From the NCBI GenBank assembly GCA_051658485.1, contig JBOFMR010000130.1, forward strand, positions 21,245 to 85,244: a DNA stretch of 64,000 nt, given 5' to 3'. The position numbers and the translations under genes were made by a program. How positions within the stretch are numbered: position 1 is the stretch's first letter; each line of letters begins with the position of its first letter. Source of the stretch: Phocaeicola sp. (lineage in GTDB: Bacteria > Bacteroidota > Bacteroidia > Bacteroidales > Bacteroidaceae). Positions 39,910 through 49,882 of this stretch are shown piece by piece. Below the pieces are notes generated by a model. The model saw nothing but the letters and a program-made list of their open reading frames with translations. It did not search any database and was not told where the DNA came from.

Positions 39910-42375
39910 TTAGATCAAAAGATTCCCTATCTGATAGACTATAAAGGCCATTACCCAAGCCAAAATAGTCGTGTAGAGTGCTGTAAAGATAGCCCACTTC
40001 CATCCACCCGACTCTTGTTTAATAGCTACCAGCGTGGCTATACAAGGGAAGTAGATAAGTGCAAAAATCATGTAGGCCAATGCAGCTTGAGGGGTAATGG
40101 GGATGCGCCCTGATAGATTGATATTCTCTTCATTACTTTCGTTGACATAAAGTACGCCTAGTGTACTAACGACCAACTCTTTTGCACCTACACCTGACAA
40201 GAGTCCAATACCTAATTTCCAATCAAATCCTAGTGGTTTAATGATGGGTTCTATTCCTTTCCCTATTTGTCCGATGTAAGAATTTTCTTGTTGTTCTGCT
40301 AGTGTTGACTCAGCGGTGATGGGGCGGGGGTAGTATCCCAAGAACCAAATCAAAATAGATGCCACCATAATGATCCCTCCCATCTTTTTAAGATATTGAG
40401 ACCCCTTCTCCCAAGTGTGTCGCACAATGCTTTTTAAAGTGGGAAAGCGGTAGGGAGGAAGTTCCATCACGAAAGGGGTGCTATCTCCTTTGACTAGAAA
40501 TTTGCTAAAGAATCGAGCAAGTAGAACTGCCAATAGAATGCCCGTTGTATAGATGCCTAACAATACCCAACTTGCATGAGTGGGAAAGAAAGCACCCACT
40601 AATACCAAATAGATAGGTAGCCGTGCACTGCACGACATAAGTGGATTGATGAGCATCGTGACGAGTCTCGATTTTCTATCCTCAATCATGCGTGAAGCCA
40701 TAATAGCAGGTACGTTGCACCCAAAACCCATGATAAGTGGTATAAATGATTTTCCGTGCAGCCCCATACGGTGCATAACCTTATCCATAATAAATGCAGC
40801 TCGAGCCATATAGCCCGAATCTTCCATGATGGAGATGAAAAAGTAGAGGATTAAGATGTTGGGCAAGAAAACAATAACGCCTCCTACGCCTCCTATAACC
40901 CCCTCTACGAGCATATCTTTGAGTACACCCTCGCTCATATAGTGTCGAATGAGATTACCCAATTGCTCTACTATCCATTCGATACCCTGCATGGGATAGT
41001 TTCCCAATATAAATGTACCTTCAAACATCACATAGAGGAATAGGAAGAAGATAGGGTAGCCCCAAAGGCGATGTGTCACCAAGCTATCTATCACTTTTGT
41101 AGTATGCTCTTTCTCTAGTTGATTGTCTGTGTAAGTCTCTCGAAGTGCACCGCTTATAAAACCATATTTGGCATCGGTAATAGCCTGTTCACTCTCTTCT
41201 TTCAGTGCCTCTTTTATGCGTAAAACCTCTTTGTTACGAAGGGCTATAATTGCCTTTCCATTCGGTAGATGTTCTATTTCATTAGCTATATCGGTATCAT
41301 TTTCTAAGAGCTTTATGGCTAGAAAACGGGTAGAAAAGCGTGCACGAATGCTTTCATTTTTCTGAATCTCTTTTTTGAGTTGTTCGATGCTTCTCTCTAG
41401 TTCAGGTCCATGATTGATGTGAATGTGACGAAGAACTGTTTTTGTGCCTGTTTGTTCCCCGTGGTGGCTTCCATACTTGTGGTCGGCATAGCTGTTATGC
41501 CACTCTTCAATCTCTTGAAAAATTTCTCTTCGTACAGAGTCGTCCGTTCCCTTGGTAACAAAATCGCTCCCCTCATATAGACCAATAATAACGTGAAAAA
41601 GTTTGTCTATTCCCTCTTTTCGTTTACAAATAGTAGGTACCATGGGAATCCCTAGCAGTTCGCTTAGTATTGTATGATTTAATTTGTTGCCACTGGCCTC
41701 TAGTTCGTCATACATATTAAGTGCTACTACCATCCGTACATTCATATCAATCAGTTGCGTGGTTAAATAGAGATTTCTCTCCAAATTGGCAGCATCCACT
41801 ACATTGATAATAATATCGGGTACCTCTTCTATAATGAGTTTACGTACATAAATCTCTTCGGGGGTATAGGCTGATAGGGAGTAGGTTCCTGGTAAGTCAA
41901 TTAGCTTAAAGCGATAGCCTTGGAACTCAAAAAAGCCCTCTTTAGCATCGACCGTAACCCCGCTGTAGTTGCCCACATGTTCGTGCGAACCCGATGCAAT
42001 ATTAAAAAGAGAGGTTTTCCCGCAATTGGGGTTTCCAACAAGAGCCACATTAATGGTTCTTCTTTTTCCTTTTGCAATATCCTTCAAAGGTATTTCAGGA
42101 GCATCACTCTCTAATGTTCCATGGTAAGGTGTAGCTGCGGTAGCTACCTCTTCTTCACTTACAACCTCGATTAATTCAGCTTCTTGTCGGCGAAGTGAAA
42201 TCTCGTAGTTCATAAGTTTATATTTTATCGGGTCTTTCAGAGGAGCATTTAGTATGACCTCTACCATTTTCCCTTTGATAAAGCCCATCTCTACAATGCG
42301 CTTGCGGAAGCCGCCGTGTCCTAATACCTTGATAATGATAGCTCTCTCTCCCGTTCTTAATTCGGATAATCGCAT
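39910..42375 (-). CDS. feoB: Ferrous iron transporter, FeoA-FeoB fusion
   Basis: N-terminal FeoA (MRLSEL...RKRIVEMGF...APLKDP); G1 GNPNCGKT, VGNYSGVT, DLPGTYS; gate motifs GFGCNVPA and YFPC. Confidence 0.96.
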   Translation of the reverse strand: MRLSELRTGERAIIIKVLGHGGFRKRIVEMGFIKGKMVEVILNAPLKDPIKYKLMNYEISLRRQEAELIEVVSEEEVATAATPYHGTLESDAPEIPLKDIAKGKRRTINVALVGNPNCGKTSLFNIASGSHEHVGNYSGVTVDAKEGFFEFQGYRFKLIDLPGTYSLSAYTPEEIYVRKLIIEEVPDIIINVVDAANLERNLYLTTQLIDMNVRMVVALNMYDELEASGNKLNHTILSELLGIPMVPTICKRKEGIDKLFHVIIGLYEGSDFVTKGTDDSVRREIFQEIEEWHNSYADHKYGSHHGEQTGTKTVLRHIHINHGPELERSIEQLKKEIQKNESIRARFSTRFLAIKLLENDTDIANEIEHLPNGKAIIALRNKEVLRIKEALKEESEQAITDAKYGFISGALRETYTDNQLEKEHTTKVIDSLVTHRLWGYPIFFLFLYVMFEGTFILGNYPMQGIEWIVEQLGNLIRHYMSEGVLKDMLVEGVIGGVGGVIVFLPNILILYFFISIMEDSGYMARAAFIMDKVMHRMGLHGKSFIPLIMGFGCNVPAIMASRMIEDRKSRLVTMLINPLMSCSARLPIYLVLVGAFFPTHASWVLLGIYTTGILLAVLLARFFSKFLVKGDSTPFVMELPPYRFPTLKSIVRHTWEKGSQYLKKMGGIIMVASILIWFLGYYPRPITAESTLAEQQENSYIGQIGKGIEPIIKPLGFDWKLGIGLLSGVGAKELVVSTLGVLYVNESNEENINLSGRIPITPQAALAYMIFALIYFPCIATLVAIKQESGGWKWAIFTALYTTILAWVMAFIVYQIGNLLI

Positions 42376-42423
42376 AATGCTTTCTTTTTTGCAAAGATAG
42401 AGTATTGAAAATAATTGTGCAAC

Positions 42424-42446
42424 TTATTTAGATTCTATTTAAATAA
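42424..42446. promoter_or_regulatory. Candidate metal-responsive operator upstream of feoAB
   Basis: Imperfect palindrome TTATTTAGA-TTCTA-TTTAAATAA about 25 bp upstream of the minus-strand -7 box (42392-42399). Confidence 0.55.
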
Positions 42447-42813
42447 TGATATTTCGGGTTGTGATGCTCTGTGCAGTTTTATCTTCTCACTCTTTTTTGC
42501 CTACTTGGTCTTTGTCTTGAATGGTTTCCCATTCTTTACCATTTTCTCAATGATGATTCGAATATCCCTTTTGAATATTATGGAATGGGCTTAGCAGAGA
42601 GGTTTCAACTATAGTTGTAGAAAGCATTTAGGAATATTATAGAATCAGAGTTTTTTTTCGTCACTTCAAAAGAGACAATTGGTAAGGTGTGAAAATTTTT
42701 TAAAAAGAAAAGCTTCTAAAAAAAAAGAGGAGCTTATAAAGATATTTGCGGATTTAAGGAAATATTATCTGCATAATTGTTCTAACTTTGCCGAAAATAT
42801 CAAAAGTAATATA

Positions 42814-43770
42814 ATGAGCGATAAGTTTAAGGGCTATCTACTTGCAATAATAGCTGCCGCAACATATGGTATGAATCCATTATTTGCACTTCCATTGTAT
42901 GAAGCAGGCATGGATCCTGATTCAGTGCTGTTTTTCCGTTATCTGTTGGCATTGCCGATTATAGGTGCGATGATTAAGTTAAGAGGACGTACCTTTAAGT
43001 TGCATCGCAAAGAAATTATCCCGTTGGTGGTAATGGGGCTTCTTGTAGCAACCTCATCATTAACTCTCTTCCAAAGCTACACCTACATGGATGCCGGAAT
43101 AGCGTCAACTCTTTTGTTTATCTATCCGATAATAGTGGCTATTATTATGGCTGTTTTTTTCAAGGAGAAGATAACGTTACAAACGATTTTCTGCATCTTC
43201 TTAGCACTAGCAGGCATCGGATTGTTATCTCAAAATCCTCATGGTGAAACCTTGAGTTTAGTCGGCACTCTTTTGGTTCTGTTATCGGCACTCTCTTATG
43301 CTGTTTACATCGTAGCCGTCAATAAATCGGTGCTGAAAGAGACTGCAACATTGAAACTAACCTTCTACATCTTACTATTCGGACTCTCTCTCTTTGCTGT
43401 ACGTGTAGGTTACGATAATAGCCTTTATATCATTCGCGATTATCACTTGTGGTTTAACGTATTGGCATTGGCCATTTTCCCAACAGCAATCTCTTTTTTG
43501 TGCACCACACGTGCAGTATCTTATATTGGATCAACACCCACATCAATATTAGGTGCATTAGAGCCTGTTACTGCGCTCTTTTTTGGGATAACAATTTTTG
43601 GTGAAGTACTTACAGTCCGAATCTCGATTGGTGTTTCAATGATTATACTTGCAGTAACATTTATTGTTGCTGAGGGGCATCTTAAGAGCTATTTAATTCG
43701 CATCAGAAAGCTATTTCCTACGCGCAGCTTAAAAGAAATTATATTGAGGAAGAGCGGCAAATCCCAATAG
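42814..43770 (+). CDS. DMT/EamA family transporter
   Basis: Two EamA repeats, ~10 TM, ILGALEPVTA. Start placed at MSDKFKG after promoter box TAACTTTG. Confidence 0.9.
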   Translation: MSDKFKGYLLAIIAAATYGMNPLFALPLYEAGMDPDSVLFFRYLLALPIIGAMIKLRGRTFKLHRKEIIPLVVMGLLVATSSLTLFQSYTYMDAGIASTLLFIYPIIVAIIMAVFFKEKITLQTIFCIFLALAGIGLLSQNPHGETLSLVGTLLVLLSALSYAVYIVAVNKSVLKETATLKLTFYILLFGLSLFAVRVGYDNSLYIIRDYHLWFNVLALAIFPTAISFLCTTRAVSYIGSTPTSILGALEPVTALFFGITIFGEVLTVRISIGVSMIILAVTFIVAEGHLKSYLIRIRKLFPTRSLKEIILRKSGKSQ

Positions 43771-44040
43771 GGAAAGGATCTACTTCATCCTCATTGGTCA
43801 CTACCTGATGGCTATTAAGATTTAAGGTCTGGGATCAATAAAGCATTTGATTGCGATATAAGAGGTCATTAAAATGTTACGAGGGGGCGTGCTATTCGTT
43901 TCCTTATATTGGGAGATATGTAACGATAGAAAGTGAGTTTACCATCCTCTTAGAAGTGCGAGATAGCTTTTATAGAGAATTTTATATATACTTATTTCTC
44001 CTGAACATAAAACGAATCAATCAGTTAATTTACAAAGATT

Positions 44041-44502
44041 ATGAGCTATATTCAAGAAAACTTACAAGTTGGGGAAGAGATAAAATATAAGGCCGATCTT
44101 CATTGGTATATATTTATATATCCAGCAGTGATTTTATTCTCGGCAACGTTGTTATTACTAGGTTCTCTCTTTCGTTCTATTTTTTCAGATATCTGTTACT
44201 ATGTCGGCTTATTTCTCCTCTTTTTGGGACTGTTCCAACTGATTAAGAGAGCTCTTATGAAGGTGGGGAATGAATATGTGATCACCAATAAAAGGGTCAT
44301 TCTAAAAACAGGTATTATCAGCCAAGATGCTCTTGAATTGATTTTAAATAGATGCGAGGGAGTTCGCGTAACTCAATCTTTGTTGGGACGTATTTTAGGT
44401 TTTGGATCTATCTTCGTGACTACGGGTGGAGTAATGAATGACTTTCATTATATTGCCAATCCTATTAAGTTCAGAAACGAAATCAATGCACAAATTAAGT
44501 AA
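44041..44502 (+). CDS. Membrane protein with a bacterial PH (bPH_2) domain
   Basis: 2 TM segments then EYVITNKRVILKTGII...VTQSLLGRILGFGSI.V.TGG. Confidence 0.85.
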   Translation: MSYIQENLQVGEEIKYKADLHWYIFIYPAVILFSATLLLLGSLFRSIFSDICYYVGLFLLFLGLFQLIKRALMKVGNEYVITNKRVILKTGIISQDALELILNRCEGVRVTQSLLGRILGFGSIFVTTGGVMNDFHYIANPIKFRNEINAQIK

Positions 44503-44705
44503 AACTCTTAGAGGCTTCTTCGATAACCAAGGATAGTAGATTAGTTGTATTTGATCTTCCATAAGATGTGAAATAGCACTAAACAGAGGCAGATAGTCTG
44601 GTTCAAAGAGGTTTATTGGGCTTTACAAGAATAGATTCGTGGAGAAGGGTTGATAAGTATAAAGGCGTTGTTTTTACTTTATTTGCAATATATGTTGGAA
44701 CTCCA

Positions 44706-45437
44706 TCAAACAGAGTGGTTGTTTAGGTAAAGTAGTAAGTCATTTTTGTAACTATCTGAAATGGGAATATACTCTTTACCAAACACAATGCGTCCGCGTT
44801 CCACCACCTTAATTTTCTCTTTTTGAACAATAAAAGAGCGATGTACACGTATAAAACGAGTTGCAGGAAGTCGCTCCTCCATATTCTTCATACTAATAAG
44901 TGAAAGAATGGCCTTCTCTTCTCCCTCTAGATAGATTTTTACATAATCTTTTAGCCCCTCTATGTAGAGTATGCGTTCCAACTCTATTTGCACCAACTTG
45001 TAGTCGCTCTTTACATAGATAAACTTAGCATCATTCGCAGGCTGCTCCGTAGAGTCAGTGACTGCTTTCTCTTTTAATTCGAACCACTCTATGGCTTTAT
45101 TTACTGATTTTAGAAACTCCGTATAGCTTATAGGTTTCAGCAAGTAGTCTAGGGCATGCACCTTGTAACTGTCTATAGCATATCGATCGAATGCAGTGGT
45201 AAATACAATTCGTGTTTCGGGAGAGACCATTTGTGAGTACTCCAATCCATTTAATTCAGGCATCTGAATATCGAGAAAAAGCAATTGTATCGGTTTCTGG
45301 TTGTCTTGCTTTTGAAGGGCTTCTATGGCACTTCCATAGCAGCCTACTAATTCGAGTGAATCTGTTTTATCTACATAGCTCTTTACAAGCTCCCTAGCGA
45401 GGGGCTCGTCATCTACTATAGCGCAGGTTAGTTTCAT
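44706..45437 (-). CDS. LytTR family response regulator
   Basis: AIVDDEPLAR, FLDIQMP, FTTAF, DYLLKP receiver; FIRVHRSFIV LytTR domain. Confidence 0.95.
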   Translation of the reverse strand: MKLTCAIVDDEPLARELVKSYVDKTDSLELVGCYGSAIEALQKQDNQKPIQLLFLDIQMPELNGLEYSQMVSPETRIVFTTAFDRYAIDSYKVHALDYLLKPISYTEFLKSVNKAIEWFELKEKAVTDSTEQPANDAKFIYVKSDYKLVQIELERILYIEGLKDYVKIYLEGEEKAILSLISMKNMEERLPATRFIRVHRSFIVQKEKIKVVERGRIVFGKEYIPISDSYKNDLLLYLNNHSV

Positions 45438-45439
45438 AT

Positions 45440-46495
45440 TTATGATGTCTGAATGGTTAATAGAGAGTTGTATTTTTTACCCTCTTCACTGAGATGTTGT
45501 TCCCAACTGTACTTTTGTGGGTAGAGTAGTTCCAAGCGGCGTTCTACCTGTTCTAATCCAATGCCACTACCGCTTTTATCATCATTTGTCTTTGGAAAAT
45601 AGCTGTTCTGTATCTGGAAAACGATGCTTCCTTCTGCACGCCCCTCTATGGTGATAGAGATAAAAGAGGGCAAGGTGCTACTTATTCCGTGCTTGAATGC
45701 ATTCTCGATGAGTGAGATGTAGATAAGTGGAGCAATGCGTAGGCTCTTTCCTGGATCGACTGTCAGATTTACATCTAGCTTTACATGCTCTGGTAGGCGA
45801 ATGCGCATAAGTGCAATGTAGTTCTGAATAAACTCAAACTCTTTCTCTAAAGGAACCGTTTCGTCTTGGTTCTCGTATAGTACGTAGCGAAGAAGCTTGC
45901 TTAGTTCCTGAACAGCCTCTTGTGCTTTATCGGTATTGAACGTAATTAGTGCATAGATGTTATTGAGGGTGTTTAATAAGAAATGGGGGTTAAGCTGACT
46001 CTTTAAGTTCTTTAATTCAGCTTCCGTACGTGCCTTCTCAGTCTCAATAAGTTGCTGCTCTGTTTTCCGCCAACGCGTACTGATACGAATTGCTGCACCA
46101 AGTGCTGCTACAAAAAAGAGCATAATAGAATCGCGTAAGATGAACATCCAATGGGGAGGCATCTGTTTAGACAACTCATTGGGTGGAGGAGAATGGCGCA
46201 TATAGTCAAATCCAACTTGCAACATTACGGATACTACGATAATCAACAGTAGGTTGTAGAGGTAGAAGTAACGATCACGTTCACGAAAGAGGTAGAGGGG
46301 AACTAGCTTTATGTAGTTGGCATAAAAGACCAAGAAGCATGAGAATGGTATCGGTACGTGTCTAAAAAAGTCCACCCAACTTATCTGCTCGTTTGTGCGA
46401 TTCAGAAATATAAGTGGAAAACCAAAGATAAGTGCCCAACTTATCGTGTGGATGGTTAACTCCAGTGGGCGTTGTTTCATTAAAGATGGCTTCAT
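45440..46495 (-). CDS. LytS/YehU-type sensor histidine kinase
   Basis: LKSQLNPHFLLNTLNNIYAL, LRYVLY, LIENAFKHG, SGIGL; N-terminal TM segments. Start position approximate. Confidence 0.92.
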   Translation of the reverse strand: MKPSLMKQRPLELTIHTISWALIFGFPLIFLNRTNEQISWVDFFRHVPIPFSCFLVFYANYIKLVPLYLFRERDRYFYLYNLLLIIVVSVMLQVGFDYMRHSPPPNELSKQMPPHWMFILRDSIMLFFVAALGAAIRISTRWRKTEQQLIETEKARTEAELKNLKSQLNPHFLLNTLNNIYALITFNTDKAQEAVQELSKLLRYVLYENQDETVPLEKEFEFIQNYIALMRIRLPEHVKLDVNLTVDPGKSLRIAPLIYISLIENAFKHGISSTLPSFISITIEGRAEGSIVFQIQNSYFPKTNDDKSGSGIGLEQVERRLELLYPQKYSWEQHLSEEGKKYNSLLTIQTS

Positions 46496-46683
46496 ATTGC
46501 AAGATACTATTTCTTTGTTGATATTCAAATAACTATGGGCTATAACTCTCTTTTTTATCTCTTTTTTTACTTCCCCAATCTATGGTGGCAGCTATCGAAC
46601 AGAAGATAAATTGTAATCATTAATATGTCATATCAGTGATTCGATTTCTAGAGAATACCCTATTATAATAGATAAATGGGTGA

Positions 46684-46753
46684 AAAAGATATTAATATCA
46701 ATATCTTTTTTTGCCTATTTCTGTTGTAAGTGATATTAATATTAATATCTTTG
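46684..46753 (+). promoter_or_regulatory. hicAB promoter with palindromic operator-like sites
   Basis: IR AAAAGATATT-aatatc-AATATCTTTT, and perfect palindrome GATATTAATATTAATATC (46732-46749) overlapping the -7 box TATCTTTG (46746-46753). Confidence 0.65.
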
Positions 46754-46782
46754 TAGTGTGTTTTAATAGAGAAAGGAGGTAT

Positions 46783-46965
46783 ATGAAATATTCAGAACTA
46801 GAGCGTAAGCTCAAGAAGGCGGGTTGCTTCTGGGTAAAAGATGGCAAAAGACATCCCATTTGGGAAAGTCCCATTACAGGTAAACAGTTTCTATTAAGTT
46901 TTCATGGATCAGAAGAGGTCAAAAAAGGAGCACTAAAAGCTATTTTGAAAGATGCAGGGGTTTAA
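46783..46965 (+). CDS. hicA: HicA family toxin (dsRBD-like mRNA interferase)
   Basis: MKYSELERKLKKAGC...GKRHPIW...HGSEEVKKGALKAILKDAG; 60 aa from ATG 46783. Confidence 0.9.
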   Translation: MKYSELERKLKKAGCFWVKDGKRHPIWESPITGKQFLLSFHGSEEVKKGALKAILKDAGV

Positions 46966-47029
46966 TCTATCTTGCATCTGTAACTATTAAAACCCTAATG
47001 AATTAGTAACTATTAAAAGATGAAAGAAC

Positions 47030-47443
47030 ATGAATACGAAGCAATTGATAAAAGTTCACATTGAACGCGGAGGAGACGGAAGCTTCGGAGCGTACATAGA
47101 GGAAAATAAGTTACCCTATAGCATTATAGGAGAGGGTAATACTGTAGCCGCTGCAATCGAAGATTTCAACACAGGTTATGAGGATATGAGAGAATATTAT
47201 GCCGAGGAAGGCAAAGAATTTACAGAGGCTACTTTTGAGTTTGTATATGATGTCCCCTCTTTTTTACAATATTATGTGCGCTTCTTCAGCTTAGCTGGAT
47301 TAGCACATATTACTGGCGTAAATCAAGGACAATTAAGTCACTATCTAAATGGGCATCGTCGTCCATCGGATAGAACGGCTAAGAAAATACAAGATGCATT
47401 AAATAGATTTGGTGAAGACATAAGTCATGTAAGTCTTGTTTGA
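47030..47443 (+). CDS. hicB: HicB family antitoxin with a C-terminal XRE HTH
   Basis: IIGEGNTVAAAIEDF...FEFVYDVPSFL; LAHITGVNQGQLSHY.NG.RRPS HTH. Confidence 0.88.
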   Translation: MNTKQLIKVHIERGGDGSFGAYIEENKLPYSIIGEGNTVAAAIEDFNTGYEDMREYYAEEGKEFTEATFEFVYDVPSFLQYYVRFFSLAGLAHITGVNQGQLSHYLNGHRRPSDRTAKKIQDALNRFGEDISHVSLV

Positions 47444-47506
47444 GTAGAGAGTCAGTATTTCAAAGAAGAGAACTACATGGTATGTTGAGAAAACCACTAC
47501 CATATT

Positions 47507-47541
47507 AAAGAAAAGCGGAGTAAGAAACTACGCTTTTCTTT
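47507..47541 (+). terminator. Terminator after hicB
   Basis: AAAGAAAAGCG...CGCTTTTCTTT. Confidence 0.6.
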
Positions 47542-47600
47542 TTCTTTTATAAAAACAATTATTGTTGTCTAGTAAAAAAGAGTACGAATCATTATATCGA

Positions 47601-47775
47601 CTGATGCTCAATGGCTTACTGATAATTCTTTAAGATAGGCTTGCGTTTTCGCTAGACTTTTTTTGATAAACTCAGCAATAGATCTAATTTGAAGCTTATT
47701 TGCTCTCTACTGGATTCTATTATAGGAAAAACAAGCGATTTTCTAAAAGCATTAAGTTTTATCGGATAGCAATAA
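47601..47775 (-). repeat. Dispersed ~180-bp intergenic repeat, near-full copy in inverted orientation
   Basis: Contains GAAGCTTATTTGCTCTCTA and TTAAGTTTTATCGGATAGCAATAA, reverse complements of blocks in 33577-33760. Confidence 0.8.
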
Positions 47776-47827
47776 AAACAATCACCGATAAGAGCTGATA
47801 ATAGTACTCTTCCTCTTGTTGATTGAT

Positions 47828-49048
47828 CTATTCGTAGCGTATGGCCTCAATGGGGTCTAAATTGGCTGCCTTTTTAGCTGGATACCAACCAAAGAATACA
47901 CCTGTCATGGTACAGACTATAAAACTAAGTCCCACACTCCAAGGTTGAACATAGATGGGCCAGTTGGCAAATATATTGACTGCCATGGAGGCACCAATAC
48001 CAAAGAGTACACCGATTATTCCTCCCGTAATACTGATGAGGATCGATTCTATTAAGAATTGGTTTAAGATATCAACACTTCTAGCACCCACACTCATACG
48101 TAACCCAATCTCTCGGGTTCGCTCGGTAACACTGACGTACATAATGTTCATAATCCCAATACCCCCTACGATGAGTGAGATTCCGGCAGTACAAGCCAGT
48201 AGAGTAGTCATCAAATCGGTTGTAGAGTTGAGCATGCTACTTAACTCTTGTTGGCTGCGGATGTTGAAGTTATCACTCTCTCCCTCTCGTAGTTTATGAT
48301 TATGTCTCAATAGGGTAGTAATCTCTTCGATTGCTGCTTGCGTATCGTTTTCGGTCAATGCCGATGCATTGATTCCACTTAAGTAGGTAACAGCCAAGAT
48401 ACGTTTCATAATGCTGGTGTAAGGTGCAAGTACGACATCATCTTGGTCCATACCCATGCTGTTGTAACCTTTTGATTTCAATAGCCCAACAATACGGAAG
48501 GGGATGGAGTTAAAGCGTATGACTTTACCAATTGGGTCGCCACCATCGGGGAAAAGATTATCTACTACAGTTTTTCCAACGACACATACTTTGGCTGCCG
48601 TTTGTATATCTTGGTCAGTGAACATATCTCCCTCTTCAATTGTCAATTGGCGGATAGTAAGGTAGTCTTGGTTTACCCCGTACATATTCGATGGCGCATT
48701 GTTGGAACCATAAATGAGATGTCCTGAGCTGGTTACTGTAGGGCTCACGGCGCTAAGTAGCGTGGTCTCGTTTTGTAACGAGAGAAAGTCCTCCATCTTC
48801 AAGGTTTGCATGGCACTCGCATCCTGTCTTACCCCACCACGCATATCGGTACCGGGTTTGATCATAATCATGTTCGATCCCATTTCAGATATTTGTGCCT
48901 GTATACTTCGTTTGGACCCTTGACCAATGGCTAGCATAGTAATCACCGAAGCTACTCCGATGATAATACCCAGCATGGTGAGAAGTGCGCGAACCTTATT
49001 GTTGTTAAGTGCGCGTAGGGCTATTTTAAATAGGTTTGTTCCGTTCAT
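47828..49048 (-). CDS. MacB-like ABC transporter permease (FtsX domain)
   Basis: RALLTMLGIIIGVASVI, GGIGIMNIMYVSVTERTREIGLRMSVGA, FFGWYPAKKAA.LDPIEAIRYE. Confidence 0.93.
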   Translation of the reverse strand: MNGTNLFKIALRALNNNKVRALLTMLGIIIGVASVITMLAIGQGSKRSIQAQISEMGSNMIMIKPGTDMRGGVRQDASAMQTLKMEDFLSLQNETTLLSAVSPTVTSSGHLIYGSNNAPSNMYGVNQDYLTIRQLTIEEGDMFTDQDIQTAAKVCVVGKTVVDNLFPDGGDPIGKVIRFNSIPFRIVGLLKSKGYNSMGMDQDDVVLAPYTSIMKRILAVTYLSGINASALTENDTQAAIEEITTLLRHNHKLREGESDNFNIRSQQELSSMLNSTTDLMTTLLACTAGISLIVGGIGIMNIMYVSVTERTREIGLRMSVGARSVDILNQFLIESILISITGGIIGVLFGIGASMAVNIFANWPIYVQPWSVGLSFIVCTMTGVFFGWYPAKKAANLDPIEAIRYE

Positions 49049-49135
49049 ATTGTCTTTTTTTATCTCCTAATAGGATTGAATAGCTAGTAGAATAAATTGT
49101 CCTCTCGATATTTCACGATGTCAGTTATTAGGAGC

Positions 49136-49879
49136 TTATAACTCCTCAGGGAGCGGCAGTGCTTTAAGTGCTTCCTCAGCTGAAAGTATATTTGTGTTGA
49201 GGCTATCCTCTTTTATTAATCCATCACGTAGCACGATGTTTCGACTGCTGTATTGAGCAATCTCGGGATTGTGCGTCACAAATATAATGGTACGTCCCTG
49301 AGCATGGAGCCTTTGAAACAGCACGAGAATATCGAATGAGGTACGCGTATCTAAGTTACCAGTAGCCTCATCGGCTAAGATGACAGCAGGATCGTTTACC
49401 AAGGCACGGGCAATGGCAACACGTTGCATCTGTCCACCTGACATTTGGTTTGACTTGTGCATTAATCGGTCGCCTAGACCTACTGCTTGTAGTGACTTTA
49501 TAGCACGTTCACGACGCTCGCTCGCCGATACCTCGTGGTTGTACATCAGTGGGAGCTCTACATTCTCTATGGCTGTCGTCTTGGGAAGTAGGTTATAGCT
49601 TTGAAAGACAAAGCCAATCTTGCGATTACGCAATACCGCTCGCTGGCTTCTAGAGATGCTACGTACCGAAACTCCATCTAAGAGGTATTCTCCTTGGGTA
49701 GGTGTGTCTAAGCAACCCAATGTGTTGAGTAGTGTCGACTTGCCCGACCCTGAGGTTCCCATAATGGTTACGAACTCCCCTTCGTGAATGGTGAAGGAGA
49801 CTCCCCGAAGAGCCAATACTCGCTCTTCGCCCACAAGGAATTCTCGTTTTATGTTTTGCAATTCAATAATTTTCTTCAT
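49136..49879 (-). CDS. MacB/LolD-like ABC transporter ATP-binding protein
   Basis: [38 protein letters not shown]. Confidence 0.95.
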   Translation of the reverse strand: MKKIIELQNIKREFLVGEERVLALRGVSFTIHEGEFVTIMGTSGSGKSTLLNTLGCLDTPTQGEYLLDGVSVRSISRSQRAVLRNRKIGFVFQSYNLLPKTTAIENVELPLMYNHEVSASERRERAIKSLQAVGLGDRLMHKSNQMSGGQMQRVAIARALVNDPAVILADEATGNLDTRTSFDILVLFQRLHAQGRTIIFVTHNPEIAQYSSRNIVLRDGLIKEDSLNTNILSAEEALKALPLPEEL

Positions 49880-49882
49880 GGC

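Noticed and set aside
43851-44090. 79-aa ORF upstream of the PH-domain gene
   Set aside because: Overlaps the next gene out of frame, has an alternative start and no protein-like features.
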